Source: Pseudodesulfovibrio piezophilus C1TLV30 (GTDB taxonomy: Bacteria; Desulfobacterota; Desulfovibrionia; Desulfovibrionales; Desulfovibrionaceae). From it: a stretch of DNA of 32,000 bases. The DNA lies in contig NC_020409.1 of NCBI RefSeq assembly GCF_000341895.1, positions 2,790,001 through 2,822,000 of the forward strand, written 5' to 3'. The notes below the pieces were generated by a model. That model was not told the origin of the DNA. It worked only from the letters and a program-made list of their open reading frames with translations, and did no database searches. Shown here piece by piece: positions 1 through 9,449 of the stretch (position 1 is the stretch's first letter; the number at the start of each line of letters is the position of its first letter). The translations under genes and the position numbers were made by a program.

Positions 1-1345
1 AACGGGGATTCGCATTGAGGATGGATGAAGCCTTGAGGCTGCCATCGTAGAGTTTGGCCGAAATCGGATTGCTGGTGACAACCCCGTTGCTCGCTGTGGT
101 TTCGCACAGGATATCGGTTACAGTCAGATTCATGGCCTTGATTTTCCCGATTGTGATTTTTGACGTCAGATTGAGAGAACGAAGAGCGCTCAAGTCGGGT
201 TCGACTGCCGGAGATGGTGTCTCAGTCTGTTTTGTCTGCATGGACGACTCTTCGGATTGCTCTGCTGCCGGTGGCAGATAACGATCTACGTCAATGGCAT
301 CAATGTCGACGTTGACCTCCAAAGCCGGATGAGCAAAGTTTCGGACTGATCCGTCAAGAGTGACGGTGGTGTCATCCAACTTGATAGCCAGAGACTCGAG
401 CGAGGCAGAATCCGTACTGCCCAAGAGCTTGAGAGCTGCGCTGACTTTGGTCAACGCAGAAGGGTCTGTGGTCTCAAGCGTGGTTCCTAAGGATTGTAGG
501 ACGGCTTTGAGGTTTGTTTCGGTCAAATTCAGTGTCGCAGTATAGCTGATATTTTGTTGGCTTGTCGTGACAAAGGCATTCCCGTTGAGGTGAAGCCCCA
601 AAGCGTCCATGATAATTTCGTCAAGCCTGATTGTCCCAGCCCCGTGGTCAAGAAGGACGACCGCACTGAATTGGGGGCGAGTTTCTATTTTAGGATCATC
701 AAGTTTCAGGTCAAATGTCAGGTCAACGGGTGTGGCTATCCCATTGCCGACCTCTCCTGTGATGAGATCGAGATTGGTCAGGGAGAGTGTTTTTCCTGAG
801 GCCTGGTCATCATAGAGAACCGTGGCATTGGTAATGGTGACACCCTGCACGGACAGTTTTTGCAGAGAGACACCTGTTCCTTCGTTTTCGTCTGTGGCAG
901 CGGCTTCAGGAGTTGGTTCCGTGGCTGCTGGTGTGGATTCGTTATGTGTAAGGTCTGCCCAATTGGTGACGCCCTGTTTGTTGACGGCAAGATTCAATGT
1001 GAATCCATCGAGTTCAACTTGACCGAGAGTTATCTCCCCTGAGAAAAGAGGCATGATCATAATTGATGCGGATGCCTTGTTGATACTGAGCATTTCAGCC
1101 GGAGCAAATCCCTGACTGTTTCCCAGGGAAACCGGTCCGACTTCAAGGCCAAGCCAGGGGAAAAAGGTGAAACCTATATCTCCCTGAAATGTGAGTTCTC
1201 TGCCTGTCTGATCTTTGACCACCTGGGCAATTTCGGCCTTGTATTCATTGGGGTCCACGGTTGCCACGAGAATGACCGCCGCCGTGATCAGAAGAAACAG
1301 GAGTACTCCGACGATAGAGAGTCCTATCTTAATTGGTTTGTTCAT
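1..1345 (-). CDS. AsmA-family envelope biogenesis protein, N-terminal ~448 codons (gene runs off the left edge)
   Basis: Missing from the ORF track only because it has no stop inside the window. The minus-strand frame is open from ATG (1345-1343) to base 1. Hand translation begins MNKPIKIGLSIVGVLLFLLITAAVILVATVDPNEYKAEIAQVVKDQTGRELTFQGDIGFTFFPWLGLEVGPVSLGNSQGF. That is one N-terminal TM anchor followed by the conserved AsmA N-terminal block. The + strand ORFs listed at 54-1042 are antisense shadows of it. Confidence 0.75.
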   Translation of the reverse strand, partial: MNKPIKIGLSIVGVLLFLLITAAVILVATVDPNEYKAEIAQVVKDQTGRELTFQGDIGFTFFPWLGLEVGPVSLGNSQGFAPAEMLSINKASASIMIMPLFSGEITLGQVELDGFTLNLAVNKQGVTNWADLTHNESTPAATEPTPEAAATDENEGTGVSLQKLSVQGVTITNATVLYDDQASGKTLSLTNLDLITGEVGNGIATPVDLTFDLKLDDPKIETRPQFSAVVLLDHGAGTIRLDEIIMDALGLHLNGNAFVTTSQQNISYTATLNLTETNLKAVLQSLGTTLETTDPSALTKVSAALKLLGSTDSASLESLAIKLDDTTVTLDGSVRNFAHPALEVNVDIDAIDVDRYLPPAAEQSEESSMQTKQTETPSPAVEPDLSALRSLNLTSKITIGKIKAMNLTVTDILCETTASNGVVTSNPISAKLYDGSLKASSILNANPR

Positions 1346-1354
1346 GAGATCTCC

Positions 1355-2083
1355 TTAAAAAAGCTTTTGCAGGAGGCTCGAAGCTGAAGCTGCGCCTGAT
1401 GTCCTGATTTCTTTCTCCTTGACTCCCATGTAGTAAAACATGCCGTCCAAGGTCTTTTCCGAGACGTAATCCACAGGGTCAAAGAGAGTACTGTCCCCAC
1501 CGGTCAGGGTTTGGGCAGCCATGAGCGGCTGGAGATAGGAATTGACCCCTGCGGATTCAATGCTTTTGGTCACAACGGGTGTAACCATTGTTTTGAGACT
1601 ATCGCGACTCTGTGATTCAAAAAATTGCGTGATAGCTGTCTCCCCACCGTCAAGCAGGTCGGAAGTTTCCGTGATATCCGTATCGCTGATGGCAGACATG
1701 ATGAGATCACTTGTCTCTGGAACGGAGTTTTCAGCAGCGGTATTGAGAGCAGAAAGCAGGCCGGATGAATCGCCGCCAAGGCTGGTCAAGGCGCTCAGCC
1801 CACTGGGGAGTGACAATGCTGTTTCTGAGTTTTGCGAAAAGCCGCCCGCTGAACTGAGAATGGAGGTGCCATAGTCTGTTCCCTGAGAAAGGACTTCTTT
1901 GATCCCGGAGACGGCTTCGGAGGATGTATAGGATAGGCCTGATTTCTTGGCCTTTTCGTCAGCCATTTCTGTGCCGACTTTTTTAAGGGTATCTGCCCAA
2001 CCGGCGTTGGCCGACTGGGTGGGGGTGAAAAAGGGGACGATCACAAAAAAGGATAAAAGGAACATGTAAAATTTCGGTTGCAT
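1355..2083 (-). CDS. DUF4197-family secreted protein
   Basis: 242-aa ORF with a signal peptide (MQPKFYMFLLSFFVIVPFFTPTQSANA). The C-terminal block ...DGMFYYMGVKEKEIRTSGAASASSLLQKLF is typical of DUF4197 proteins. GGAG lies 5 nt upstream of the ATG. The stop is 9 nt before the asmA-like start, suggesting an operon. Confidence 0.7.
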   Translation of the reverse strand: MQPKFYMFLLSFFVIVPFFTPTQSANAGWADTLKKVGTEMADEKAKKSGLSYTSSEAVSGIKEVLSQGTDYGTSILSSAGGFSQNSETALSLPSGLSALTSLGGDSSGLLSALNTAAENSVPETSDLIMSAISDTDITETSDLLDGGETAITQFFESQSRDSLKTMVTPVVTKSIESAGVNSYLQPLMAAQTLTGGDSTLFDPVDYVSEKTLDGMFYYMGVKEKEIRTSGAASASSLLQKLF

Positions 2084-2185
2084 GGCGACTCCTCGCTGTA
2101 TAGTTGCGTTGATACGAGTCTTAGCATGTCCGAGATTTTCTGCCTAGCGGAAGGAACGATTTTCTGCTTCGGAAACACAGTTTTT

Positions 2186-3214
2186 CTATCGCATGGCAAG
2201 CCCCTTGATAAGTCCGAAGCATCCGGCAAGCATCATATCTCCACCAGGTGCCGGGAATGAGACATCGTATCCGCTCAACATGGATCGTCTGGGACCCAAA
2301 ACATATGTCGGGCGAAAATTCCCTGCCTCGGGCGGGAGGTCAAGCGTCAGGCATCCGTGCCCTTTCTCTTCGAAAACCTGATCAAATGAGAGACAGCCGC
2401 ATCGGAAGTTTTCAAGGTCAGCCCAGAGTTTGGCCCCATCGACGCATCCGGTGTGTTGTTCATAAACTCCATGTATGCGCCCATCATAAAGTAAAAATGC
2501 AATGAGGTGAGAATTGCCGATATTGACGAGAGTAATACCGGTGTCCTGGCTATGCTTTTCTATTTCATCGACAAAGAGTGCGCCAAGAACCGCTGCTGCA
2601 CCGGTGTCAGCCACCGGTCCACCATTGATGTCTTCCTGAAGATCGACAAGGCGGGTCAGCATGGGGGGGGGAGTGTCATAAACCAGTGCTTCCGGGTGGC
2701 CACCCATGTCAGTGAGCAGGGACTGCCAGAGTTTGAACCGCCCCATGCGATTGGATTCTCCCGGATGGAATCCGTGGTCCTGTGCGCAGGCTGTGATGCT
2801 GTTAGGCCAGGGTAATTCTGCCGCTTCCAGAAAATTGCGCCACCATTGTTCATCAAAGTCAGTCAGGAGAACCGGAGTGAAGCCGTCCGGGCACGTCTCG
2901 CTCAACTGAATCCCGGAACCGGAAATTCGGGTCAGATCATCGGCTATGGTATAAGCTGCACTTTCGCTGGAAGCGACTTTCAGCCCGGCCTTTTGGTGTG
3001 CCCTGATGAATCGAGTGACTCCGCCACCCATATTTCGACCGTGCAGCCAGATGTTTTCCTTGTGTGTGGTGAAAGTCGCTATTCGTTTGCCGACTTGGAG
3101 AGCAGGGGATGGGATGACAAATTTGGGGCAGTTCTCAACCTCCATGTCGGGAGAATAGAGAAGAACATCTTGAGTGCCGCTACCGATATCGAGACAGAGA
3201 GTGGTTTGTGACAT
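2186..3214 (-). CDS. ASKHA-fold (actin/Hsp70/sugar-kinase-like) protein, DUF1786-like
   Basis: The ORF track gives 2186..3301. I prefer the internal ATG at 3214 (MSQTTLCLDIGSGTQDVLLY...) because AAGGAAA sits 5 nt upstream and the family-typical DIGSGTQD phosphate-1 motif follows immediately. The family assignment is from memory of the motif pattern only. Confidence 0.55.
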   Translation of the reverse strand: MSQTTLCLDIGSGTQDVLLYSPDMEVENCPKFVIPSPALQVGKRIATFTTHKENIWLHGRNMGGGVTRFIRAHQKAGLKVASSESAAYTIADDLTRISGSGIQLSETCPDGFTPVLLTDFDEQWWRNFLEAAELPWPNSITACAQDHGFHPGESNRMGRFKLWQSLLTDMGGHPEALVYDTPPPMLTRLVDLQEDINGGPVADTGAAAVLGALFVDEIEKHSQDTGITLVNIGNSHLIAFLLYDGRIHGVYEQHTGCVDGAKLWADLENFRCGCLSFDQVFEEKGHGCLTLDLPPEAGNFRPTYVLGPRRSMLSGYDVSFPAPGGDMMLAGCFGLIKGLAMR

Positions 3215-3348
3215 GACATTTCCTTGTTTGTTGAGCAGGCACGGTACAACCGTCGGCCAATCTGGGCAAGTGGGGATATGGTATTTGTGATTTGGCAACA
3301 AAGTCGGAGGGCTGTTGACTCCTGGACAGGACAGCGTACCATGCAGAG

Positions 3349-4209
3349 ATGTTGGTATACGTGATATATGTTTTCCTTTTTATTGCTCTCGGTGGCCCTC
3401 TTTTGCGCTACACGGGGTTTATCATTTCCAATTGGCGTGCAGGCACTCTGGGCGACATTCGAAAGCGATTCAACGGACTTCTTTTCCCCCTTCTCAAAGG
3501 AGTATGGACTGCCGGGCTGGCTGATCTTTTTGTTATTCCCCTGTACCCCCTCGGTTTTTTGGGCGGCAAGGAAACTCTTGGAGAAGACACGCCGGTTTTA
3601 TTGGTTCACGGTTTGTTTCACAATGCCTCTGCCTGGTTGATTATGAAGCATCGCTTGCGGGAGGCCGGAATAGTCAATGTTCATACATATCAGTATGGAA
3701 CCATGACCGGCGATTTCCAGGGAGCAGTGGACGGACTGCGCGCTCGATTGGATGTCCTGTTGCGTCGCCATCCAGGTGGGACTGTTGCTCTTGTGGGGCA
3801 TAGCCTCGGAGGTCTGGTGATTCGAAAGGCCATAGGTGATCCACGTTATTGGGACCGAATCGCAGGGGTTGTGACTCTTGGCTCCCCGCACGGAGGTTCG
3901 GACCTTGCCCATTGTGGCTTTAATGCGATGGCTCGGGGATTACTCCCAGGCGGCACCATACCCGTTGCTGCCAGTGCGGCACCAGATGCCCATTGCCCGC
4001 GGCTTTCGCTCTTCTCACCGGTCGATGATTTCGTGTACCCGTTTACTTCTCTCCAAGTGAACCGGGAGGGGTGGGAGGAATCGCTGTGTTCTCCCATGAG
4101 TCACGTCTGGATGCTGTACTCCAGAGAAATTTCCGGCATAGTGATCGATTTTTTACGGGGCATCGGCTGTCAGGCTGATGACAGTGGTGATTCGCTGGAG
4201 GCTTTTTGA
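3349..4209 (+). CDS. alpha/beta-hydrolase, esterase/lipase family, with N-terminal membrane segment
   Basis: 286-aa ORF. It has the nucleophile elbow GHSLGG (VALVGHSLGGLVIRKA), an oxyanion-region LLVHGLFHN, and TLGSPHGGSDLA, as in lipase class 2 / PGAP1-like proteins. Confidence 0.75.
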   Translation: MLVYVIYVFLFIALGGPLLRYTGFIISNWRAGTLGDIRKRFNGLLFPLLKGVWTAGLADLFVIPLYPLGFLGGKETLGEDTPVLLVHGLFHNASAWLIMKHRLREAGIVNVHTYQYGTMTGDFQGAVDGLRARLDVLLRRHPGGTVALVGHSLGGLVIRKAIGDPRYWDRIAGVVTLGSPHGGSDLAHCGFNAMARGLLPGGTIPVAASAAPDAHCPRLSLFSPVDDFVYPFTSLQVNREGWEESLCSPMSHVWMLYSREISGIVIDFLRGIGCQADDSGDSLEAF

Positions 4210-4290
4210 GAATTTGCCAAAGAAAGTCCGATTCGGCTTTCTTATGTCGTCTTGAACTTCTCAGAGTCGCTCTGGAACAGGACTTTGTGT

Positions 4291-4343
4291 AAAAAAAATA
4301 GACGTGAATATGGAGGAATACCACATTCACGTCTGATTTTTTT
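4291..4343. terminator. bidirectional rho-independent terminator between convergent genes
   Basis: An A8 run is followed by a perfect 10-bp stem, AGACGTGAAT (4300-4309) / ATTCACGTCT (4325-4334), and then a T7 run (4337-4343). Confidence 0.65.
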
Positions 4344-4410
4344 ACGCGTCTGGGATATGATACCTGAATTTCTGTGGTGAATTCGGACTGTCCTTCTTGA
4401 GAGGGATAAA

Positions 4411-5994
4411 TTAACTCAAGACTTCCAGAATCTTTTCCTTGAGGGTCTCTGGTTTGAACGGTTTTGTTACAAATGTCGTGACTCCGGCCTTTTCAGCCAT
4501 GTTTTGCTGGGAGGCTTCGGACTCCGTCGTCACCATGATAATAGGAATATTCTCGTAGCCAGGAGTATTGCGCAGCTTGGAAACCAACTCCATACCATCC
4601 ATGACCGGCATGTTCATATCTGTGATGACAATATCAAATATTTCTCCCTGCTCGACATAGTCGTAGGCCTCTTCACCATTTCCGGCGATATATGGGGAGA
4701 ATTCAAGATCGGTCAGGATGGCGCGATGCATGGCACACATGGAGCGGGAATCATCCGCAGCAAGGGCTTTGCGAAGACCGGAGAAAACAACCGGCAATGT
4801 ATCGATATCGGCCTGTGCCCTGTCAGTGCCTATCTCCTTGAGGAGATTCCTGAATTCGTCGATTATGTCGGAGTCTTTGGAAGTGTTCAGGGCATTGATC
4901 AAGGCCTTGCCCGCTTTTTCATCTTCGTACAGCGCCTTGAAGATGGTCGTTGCCTTGGATGAAATAACCGCTTTGGCGAGCTTGGCTCCTTGGTCATCAC
5001 CCTTGTCTATCAGTTTGGTCAAAGTGGAGACCATGCCCGGATTGACATGTTTTTCCAGACCGCCGATGACCGCCATGAGAATGAGTTCGTCTTCTTCCTG
5101 AAGGCCATCTACCAGACAGATGATCCCTTTCATTGTTCCGATGCGACCAAGTGCTTCATACACGGCATAGCGAACATTCAGATCTTCTGCCATTCCCTTG
5201 TCAAATGCGGCAACAAGTCCATCTGCTCCAGATCTGTCTCCGACAAAACCAAGAACATTGGCGCAGAGAATCTTGTCATCCGTGCCGCCTGATTCAAAGG
5301 TCTTGAACAGTGCGGGGATGGTTGGTGCACCGATGGAGGTCAGGGCATCGGTTATGATACGTCTGACTGTGGGATTCTTGTGGTGCAGTTTCTCAACCAG
5401 GAATTGGATGGTATCTTCCCGTGAGAATGTTGCCAGGGCTTCGACTGCTTTCCATGTGGTGATATCGCAAATCTCGTAGCGGTCAGGGGCTTCGCTTTCA
5501 ACGATCAAGGTCTTGAAAGAATCAATGGAATCAATATCTTCAAGTTTTCCAAGCGCTTCGATGCAGGAGGATTTGATGAACGGGTCCTCGTGCTGGAGGT
5601 GGGTGCGGAAGACCGGAGTTGTTTCAGGGGCGGCTATGCGTGCCAAGGAGGTCAGTACCTCCATCAGGCGGTCTGCATCTTTTTCAGCTTTGGCAATATC
5701 CATCAACGGCCCGGCCGCGTGCGAAAAAGCATGCTCCCCTGCAACCCTGATGCACAGGATACGGTATCCGTCATGATCGTCCGTCAGGCCTTCTATGACC
5801 TTATTTTCGTTGCCGGACAGGACTGCATTGAGTGCATTGACCACCATGTAATCTATGGAGGTGTCACCCACTGGGGCCTTCAACAGTTCCACCAAATCCG
5901 GTAAGGTATCAGGGTCTTTGCTGCCGGATATCTCGTTGAGGATCGTGATTTGATCCAGGAATTCTTTGTTACGGAAATCGTCTAGTGTCGCCAT
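4411..5994 (-). CDS. HEAT-repeat protein with C-terminal response-regulator receiver (REC) domain
   Basis: The ORF track starts at GTG 6006. ATG 5994 (MATLDDFRNKEF) has GGAG 6 nt upstream. PBS-lyase/HEAT-like repeats fill the N-terminal ~400 aa. The C-terminal REC domain has LAADDS, the phospho-acceptor context DIVITDMNMPVMDG, IIMVTTES and FVTKPF. Confidence 0.8.
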   Translation of the reverse strand: MATLDDFRNKEFLDQITILNEISGSKDPDTLPDLVELLKAPVGDTSIDYMVVNALNAVLSGNENKVIEGLTDDHDGYRILCIRVAGEHAFSHAAGPLMDIAKAEKDADRLMEVLTSLARIAAPETTPVFRTHLQHEDPFIKSSCIEALGKLEDIDSIDSFKTLIVESEAPDRYEICDITTWKAVEALATFSREDTIQFLVEKLHHKNPTVRRIITDALTSIGAPTIPALFKTFESGGTDDKILCANVLGFVGDRSGADGLVAAFDKGMAEDLNVRYAVYEALGRIGTMKGIICLVDGLQEEDELILMAVIGGLEKHVNPGMVSTLTKLIDKGDDQGAKLAKAVISSKATTIFKALYEDEKAGKALINALNTSKDSDIIDEFRNLLKEIGTDRAQADIDTLPVVFSGLRKALAADDSRSMCAMHRAILTDLEFSPYIAGNGEEAYDYVEQGEIFDIVITDMNMPVMDGMELVSKLRNTPGYENIPIIMVTTESEASQQNMAEKAGVTTFVTKPFKPETLKEKILEVLS

Positions 5995-6027
5995 GTGAGT
6001 CTCCACGAGTTGTCGTGCACAAAGGGT

Positions 6028-6486
6028 CTATTCGAAACAAAACTCGATGGTGAAGTTGCCGTCTGGTGTCGTGAAGGGGATCGCCATGATCGGAGCCTTC
6101 GCCATATGTGAAATAGTGTGGTTGTCACCCATGACCACGGTGGGAGTGGACCCCTGAAAAACAAGGCCTCTTTCTGCCAGTCCCGCACGGGCCTGGCCTG
6201 AAATCATGTTTGTCAATTCGCCTACGGCATCCTTGACGTCCTGCATGATATCTTCGATCTCATCGCCCAGCATGTTCTTGACGATGGCGACCGCACATCC
6301 TCGGGAAAAGGATAGGGAGACACTCCCATTCTGTTCTCCGGTGATGCCGACCATGCCGGAGACATCGCCTGCGGCGAGATTGTCCTTTTTCACATATGGG
6401 CGGCCGACGGTTGGCTTGATGAAAGCCATTGTGGACAATACATCGACTGCTGCTTTGATAAAGGGCTTTGCCAGTTCAACGTTCAT
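6028..6486 (-). CDS. cheX: chemotaxis phosphatase CheX
   Basis: 152-aa ORF of typical CheX length and sequence pattern (MNVELAKPFIKAAVDVLSTM..., GDVSGMVGITG, ELTNMISGQA). GGAGAG RBS. It lies 33 nt upstream of the HEAT-REC gene on the same strand. Confidence 0.8.
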   Translation of the reverse strand: MNVELAKPFIKAAVDVLSTMAFIKPTVGRPYVKKDNLAAGDVSGMVGITGEQNGSVSLSFSRGCAVAIVKNMLGDEIEDIMQDVKDAVGELTNMISGQARAGLAERGLVFQGSTPTVVMGDNHTISHMAKAPIMAIPFTTPDGNFTIEFCFE

Positions 6487-7059
6487 GCTGCTCTCCTTAC
6501 AGAACTCTCAAACTAGATAGACGCTGAGGTGTTGACACCTCGAAGCGATTTATGACGAATGCTGCGAGTCCTTCCTCGCGCCGTGTGAAAATACACAGCC
6601 TTTGTAATGTAAATACGTATCGGCTTCGAGATGAGGGGTCAAGTCATGTATATTAGAAATATCGGTTTGTTGGCAGATTTTGACTCGCTGGGATTCAGGG
6701 CTGCTTCCTGTCTGAAGCTGGAGGAGACTCTTTGGGAAGAGGCGAACCTTTCTTTGCTCCATAAGGTCTCATGATCGGCCAATCCCTCCTAGAGAGTGGG
6801 AATTCCCTTTTTCAATCAGCTGTAGGCTTTGTTCTTTTCCCCTTTTTAAGGCCATGGCTCCGGTCTTGTGACCTGACAGCTTCTTTTCATAAAAGAGTCA
6901 TTCAGGTTGTTTTTTGGAGCGGTGTTGCGAAACTGGACTTTTTTCTTGCTGGACTTATCATATGGGCACACCCTTTTTGACAAAGGGTCGCTCCCCCCCT
7001 CCTGACGAAAGGGCGGAGGTTCCTCTTCTCACTCGAATTTTTTAACCGCAAGGTGAAGC

Positions 7060-7809
7060 ATGAGCACGTATATAGTCCACCCTATCTGTATGGGGACCAA
7101 AGAGTTCGACAAAGGAATGATGACCTATCAGCAAGGATACGGCACACCGTATACTATTCCTATTTATACCTGGTATATTGAGGGAGGGGACAAGAAAATT
7201 CTTGTGGACACCGGCGAAATGCAGCCCATTATCTCCGAGGAACGAGAAAAGGCAATCGGGGGCAGAATCTACACTTTCGAGGAAGGGCTGGACAAGTATG
7301 GTCTCAAGCCGGAAGATATTGACATCGTCATCCATACCCATTTGCATAATGATCATTGTGAAAATGATTATAAATGTGTCAATGCCAAGGTGTATGTGCA
7401 TGAAAAGGAACTGGAGTCCGCATATAATCCTCACCCCCTGGATTTCCGCTATCTTGAGGACTACATTGACGATGTGAAGGATAATGGGCAGATCGTGACG
7501 GTGAACAAAGATACGGAAGTTGTTCCCGGTATCACCATGATCCATACCCCGGCCCATACCTTGGGCGGCATGTCTGTCAAGGTCGAGACCGACAAAGGCT
7601 CAGTCCTGATCTGTGGTTTTTGTACCATTCTCGAAAACCTCGAACCTCCAAGGGAAGTCAAGGCCATGGAGATGGAGGTCATTCCGCCCGGAACCAATAC
7701 CGGCCCGGCCGATGCTTACGATATCTTGCTGAAGGCCAAGACCATGGCTGATTATGTTCTGCCTCTGCATGAGCCAAAGTGGGCCAGTATGGAAAGTGTC
7801 CCTGAATAA
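7060..7809 (+). CDS. MBL-fold metallo-hydrolase (N-acyl-homoserine-lactonase-like family)
   Basis: 249-aa ORF with the HxHxDH zinc motif (HTHLHNDHCEN) and a downstream HTPAHTLGG. AAGGTGA RBS. Confidence 0.8.
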   Translation: MSTYIVHPICMGTKEFDKGMMTYQQGYGTPYTIPIYTWYIEGGDKKILVDTGEMQPIISEEREKAIGGRIYTFEEGLDKYGLKPEDIDIVIHTHLHNDHCENDYKCVNAKVYVHEKELESAYNPHPLDFRYLEDYIDDVKDNGQIVTVNKDTEVVPGITMIHTPAHTLGGMSVKVETDKGSVLICGFCTILENLEPPREVKAMEMEVIPPGTNTGPADAYDILLKAKTMADYVLPLHEPKWASMESVPE

Positions 7810-7918
7810 AATGACAGTGCGCTCTTTTTGATGACAATGAGCAGTGAGAAAAGTCGACCTTGTGTCGGCTTTTCGTTTTTCTTGCCATTGTTGCAGGCAT
7901 AGGAGTAGCGTCTGCGTC

Positions 7919-8836
7919 ATGTCGCCCATAGCTCTTGCCATCGCACCCATTTTCGGATTGATTCTCCTTGGTTTCATCCTGTTCCGCCTCGACTTTCCCG
8001 GTACGAATTTTTGGCCGGTTTCAGAACGACTCACCTATTATGTGCTCTTTCCGGCTCTCTTGGTCGGAGGTTTGGTCGGGCGGAATTTTGATGATTCGGC
8101 AACAATGTTGGCTGCCGCAGTATTTCTGACTGTATGCTTTGCCGCAGGAGGCCTGCTGTTTTTGCGTTCGTTACTCAAAATGACCGGGCCAGCTTTTACA
8201 TCTGTTTTTCAAGGAGCTATCAGGCCTAATACCTATGTCGGGTTATCAGCTGCGGCAGCCCTGCTTGGGCCACATTGGATGGCCCTGTCGGCTGTTGTGC
8301 TTTTAACGCTTATTCCTCTTGTCAATGTCCTGTGTGTCCTTGTTCTCAGTCGCCATGGAACCCCTGGTGAAGGGACGAAACGGATCGTATTGGAACTGGC
8401 CAAAAATCCGCTCATACTTGCCTGTGTCCTCGGTTTTTTTCTGAATGGTTTTAGTGTCCCGATCCCTTTGGTCCTGCATGATTTGCTGTCTATTTTAGGG
8501 AAGGCCGCATTGCCTCTGGGACTTCTGGCTGTGGGTGCCGGGTTGCGTTTTGATGGCGTCAGGGAGCAACTTCTCCCTGTGACCATTGCTTCGGGTGTTC
8601 ATCTCATCCTTCTTCCATTGGTGGCCTGGGGACTTTGTGTTGGCTTGGGCGTGGAGGGGAGTGCTCGAGATGCGGCTCTTATCTATACTGCGATTCCCGT
8701 TTCGGTTTCAGCATTTATTCTGGCCCGCCAGATGGGGGGTGACCATCGTGTCATGGCTATGATCATTACCATGCAAACGGTCCTTTCCGCAGTGTCACTC
8801 CCTCTGGTCCTTGCTGTCTTGGGTTCCGGTTCTTGA
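7919..8836 (+). CDS. AEC-family (auxin efflux carrier) membrane transporter
   Basis: Polytopic membrane ORF. The track starts at 7844, but ATG 7919 (MSPIALAIAPIFGLILLGFIL...) matches the usual AEC N-terminus and has AGGAG 13 nt upstream. Confidence 0.7.
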   Translation: MSPIALAIAPIFGLILLGFILFRLDFPGTNFWPVSERLTYYVLFPALLVGGLVGRNFDDSATMLAAAVFLTVCFAAGGLLFLRSLLKMTGPAFTSVFQGAIRPNTYVGLSAAAALLGPHWMALSAVVLLTLIPLVNVLCVLVLSRHGTPGEGTKRIVLELAKNPLILACVLGFFLNGFSVPIPLVLHDLLSILGKAALPLGLLAVGAGLRFDGVREQLLPVTIASGVHLILLPLVAWGLCVGLGVEGSARDAALIYTAIPVSVSAFILARQMGGDHRVMAMIITMQTVLSAVSLPLVLAVLGSGS

Positions 8837-8910
8837 AAACCCCTTGAAACCGTGAGAAAATTGAGCGACTATCCTGCAAATTTGTTGCATGGTTCTGAAA
8901 GGAGAAAACA

Positions 8911-9396
8911 ATGGCGAAAGATTTCAGGAAATATCTTGTTGAAGCATCCCGACACGAAATGTTTGGCCGATTCTTCAAGGAGTTGCAGATCGGTTTGAAA
9001 ATCGTGGCTTCATTCCAGGCGAGTGCGACGCATGCTTCCGAGCCTGCGGAGACCTTGGATGATATGGAAGCGTATACCAAGTGGGAAGTGAGTTTGCGGC
9101 AGGTCAACAAACCTATTACCGTTGTTCATATCGGTGCATGGACACATCTGCAAAATCAGGATTGGGCCAAATCTTTTGATAAACCCGAATTTCAAAACTG
9201 CGTGACGGCAGAGTTCCTGTCGGTGGAAGAGGCGCAGAAGTGTTTTGATGCTGTAATTGAATACGCCATGGCAAATGATCAGCTTGATTCAGAGGATGAC
9301 ATTCGTGTTGTTGAACCGGATGAGAATCTCAAGAAAGCAGGCGGCTGTGGTGGGTGTGCAAGCAAGAAAAAAACAGAGCCAGCCACAGCTAAGTGA
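8911..9396 (+). CDS. hypothetical protein (161 aa), no family recognised
   Basis: Strong RBS (AAGGAGAAAACA-ATG), no competing ORF, and a terminator directly downstream. The C-terminus is GGCGGCASKKKTEPATAK. Confidence 0.55.
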   Translation: MAKDFRKYLVEASRHEMFGRFFKELQIGLKIVASFQASATHASEPAETLDDMEAYTKWEVSLRQVNKPITVVHIGAWTHLQNQDWAKSFDKPEFQNCVTAEFLSVEEAQKCFDAVIEYAMANDQLDSEDDIRVVEPDENLKKAGGCGGCASKKKTEPATAK

Positions 9397-9420
9397 AGTG
9401 GATGGGGAAAAGGTATCATG

Positions 9421-9449
9421 GCCTGTCTCGAAGGAGGCAGGCTTTTTTT
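9421..9449. terminator. rho-independent terminator shared by convergent genes
   Basis: 9-bp stem GCCTGTCTC (9421-9429) / GAGGCAGGC (9434-9442) with one G-U pair, a GAAG loop, then T7 (9443-9449). The T run overlaps the stop codon of the minus-strand DUF554 gene. Confidence 0.55.

Noticed and set aside
6617-6624. sigma-28-like -10 box (GCCGATAC on the minus strand) upstream of cheX
   Set aside because: There is no TAAA-type -35 element at the required 15-16 nt spacing. This is a single 8-mer match only.
6963-6979. sigma-54-like TGGGCAC-N-TTTTTG upstream of the MBL hydrolase gene
   Set aside because: The -12 element is TTGA rather than TTGC, and the GG-N10-GC spacing is not satisfied.
6550-6980. 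70-aa (minus) and 69-aa (plus) ORFs in the cheX-MBL intergenic gap
   Set aside because: Neither has a convincing Shine-Dalgarno sequence or any family resemblance. I treat them as non-coding.
7042-7557. 171-aa minus-strand ORF
   Set aside because: It is antisense to the MBL-fold hydrolase gene, which carries an intact HxHxDH motif. The many short ORFs antisense to the HEAT-REC, GGDEF, MCP and asmA genes are rejected for the same reason.
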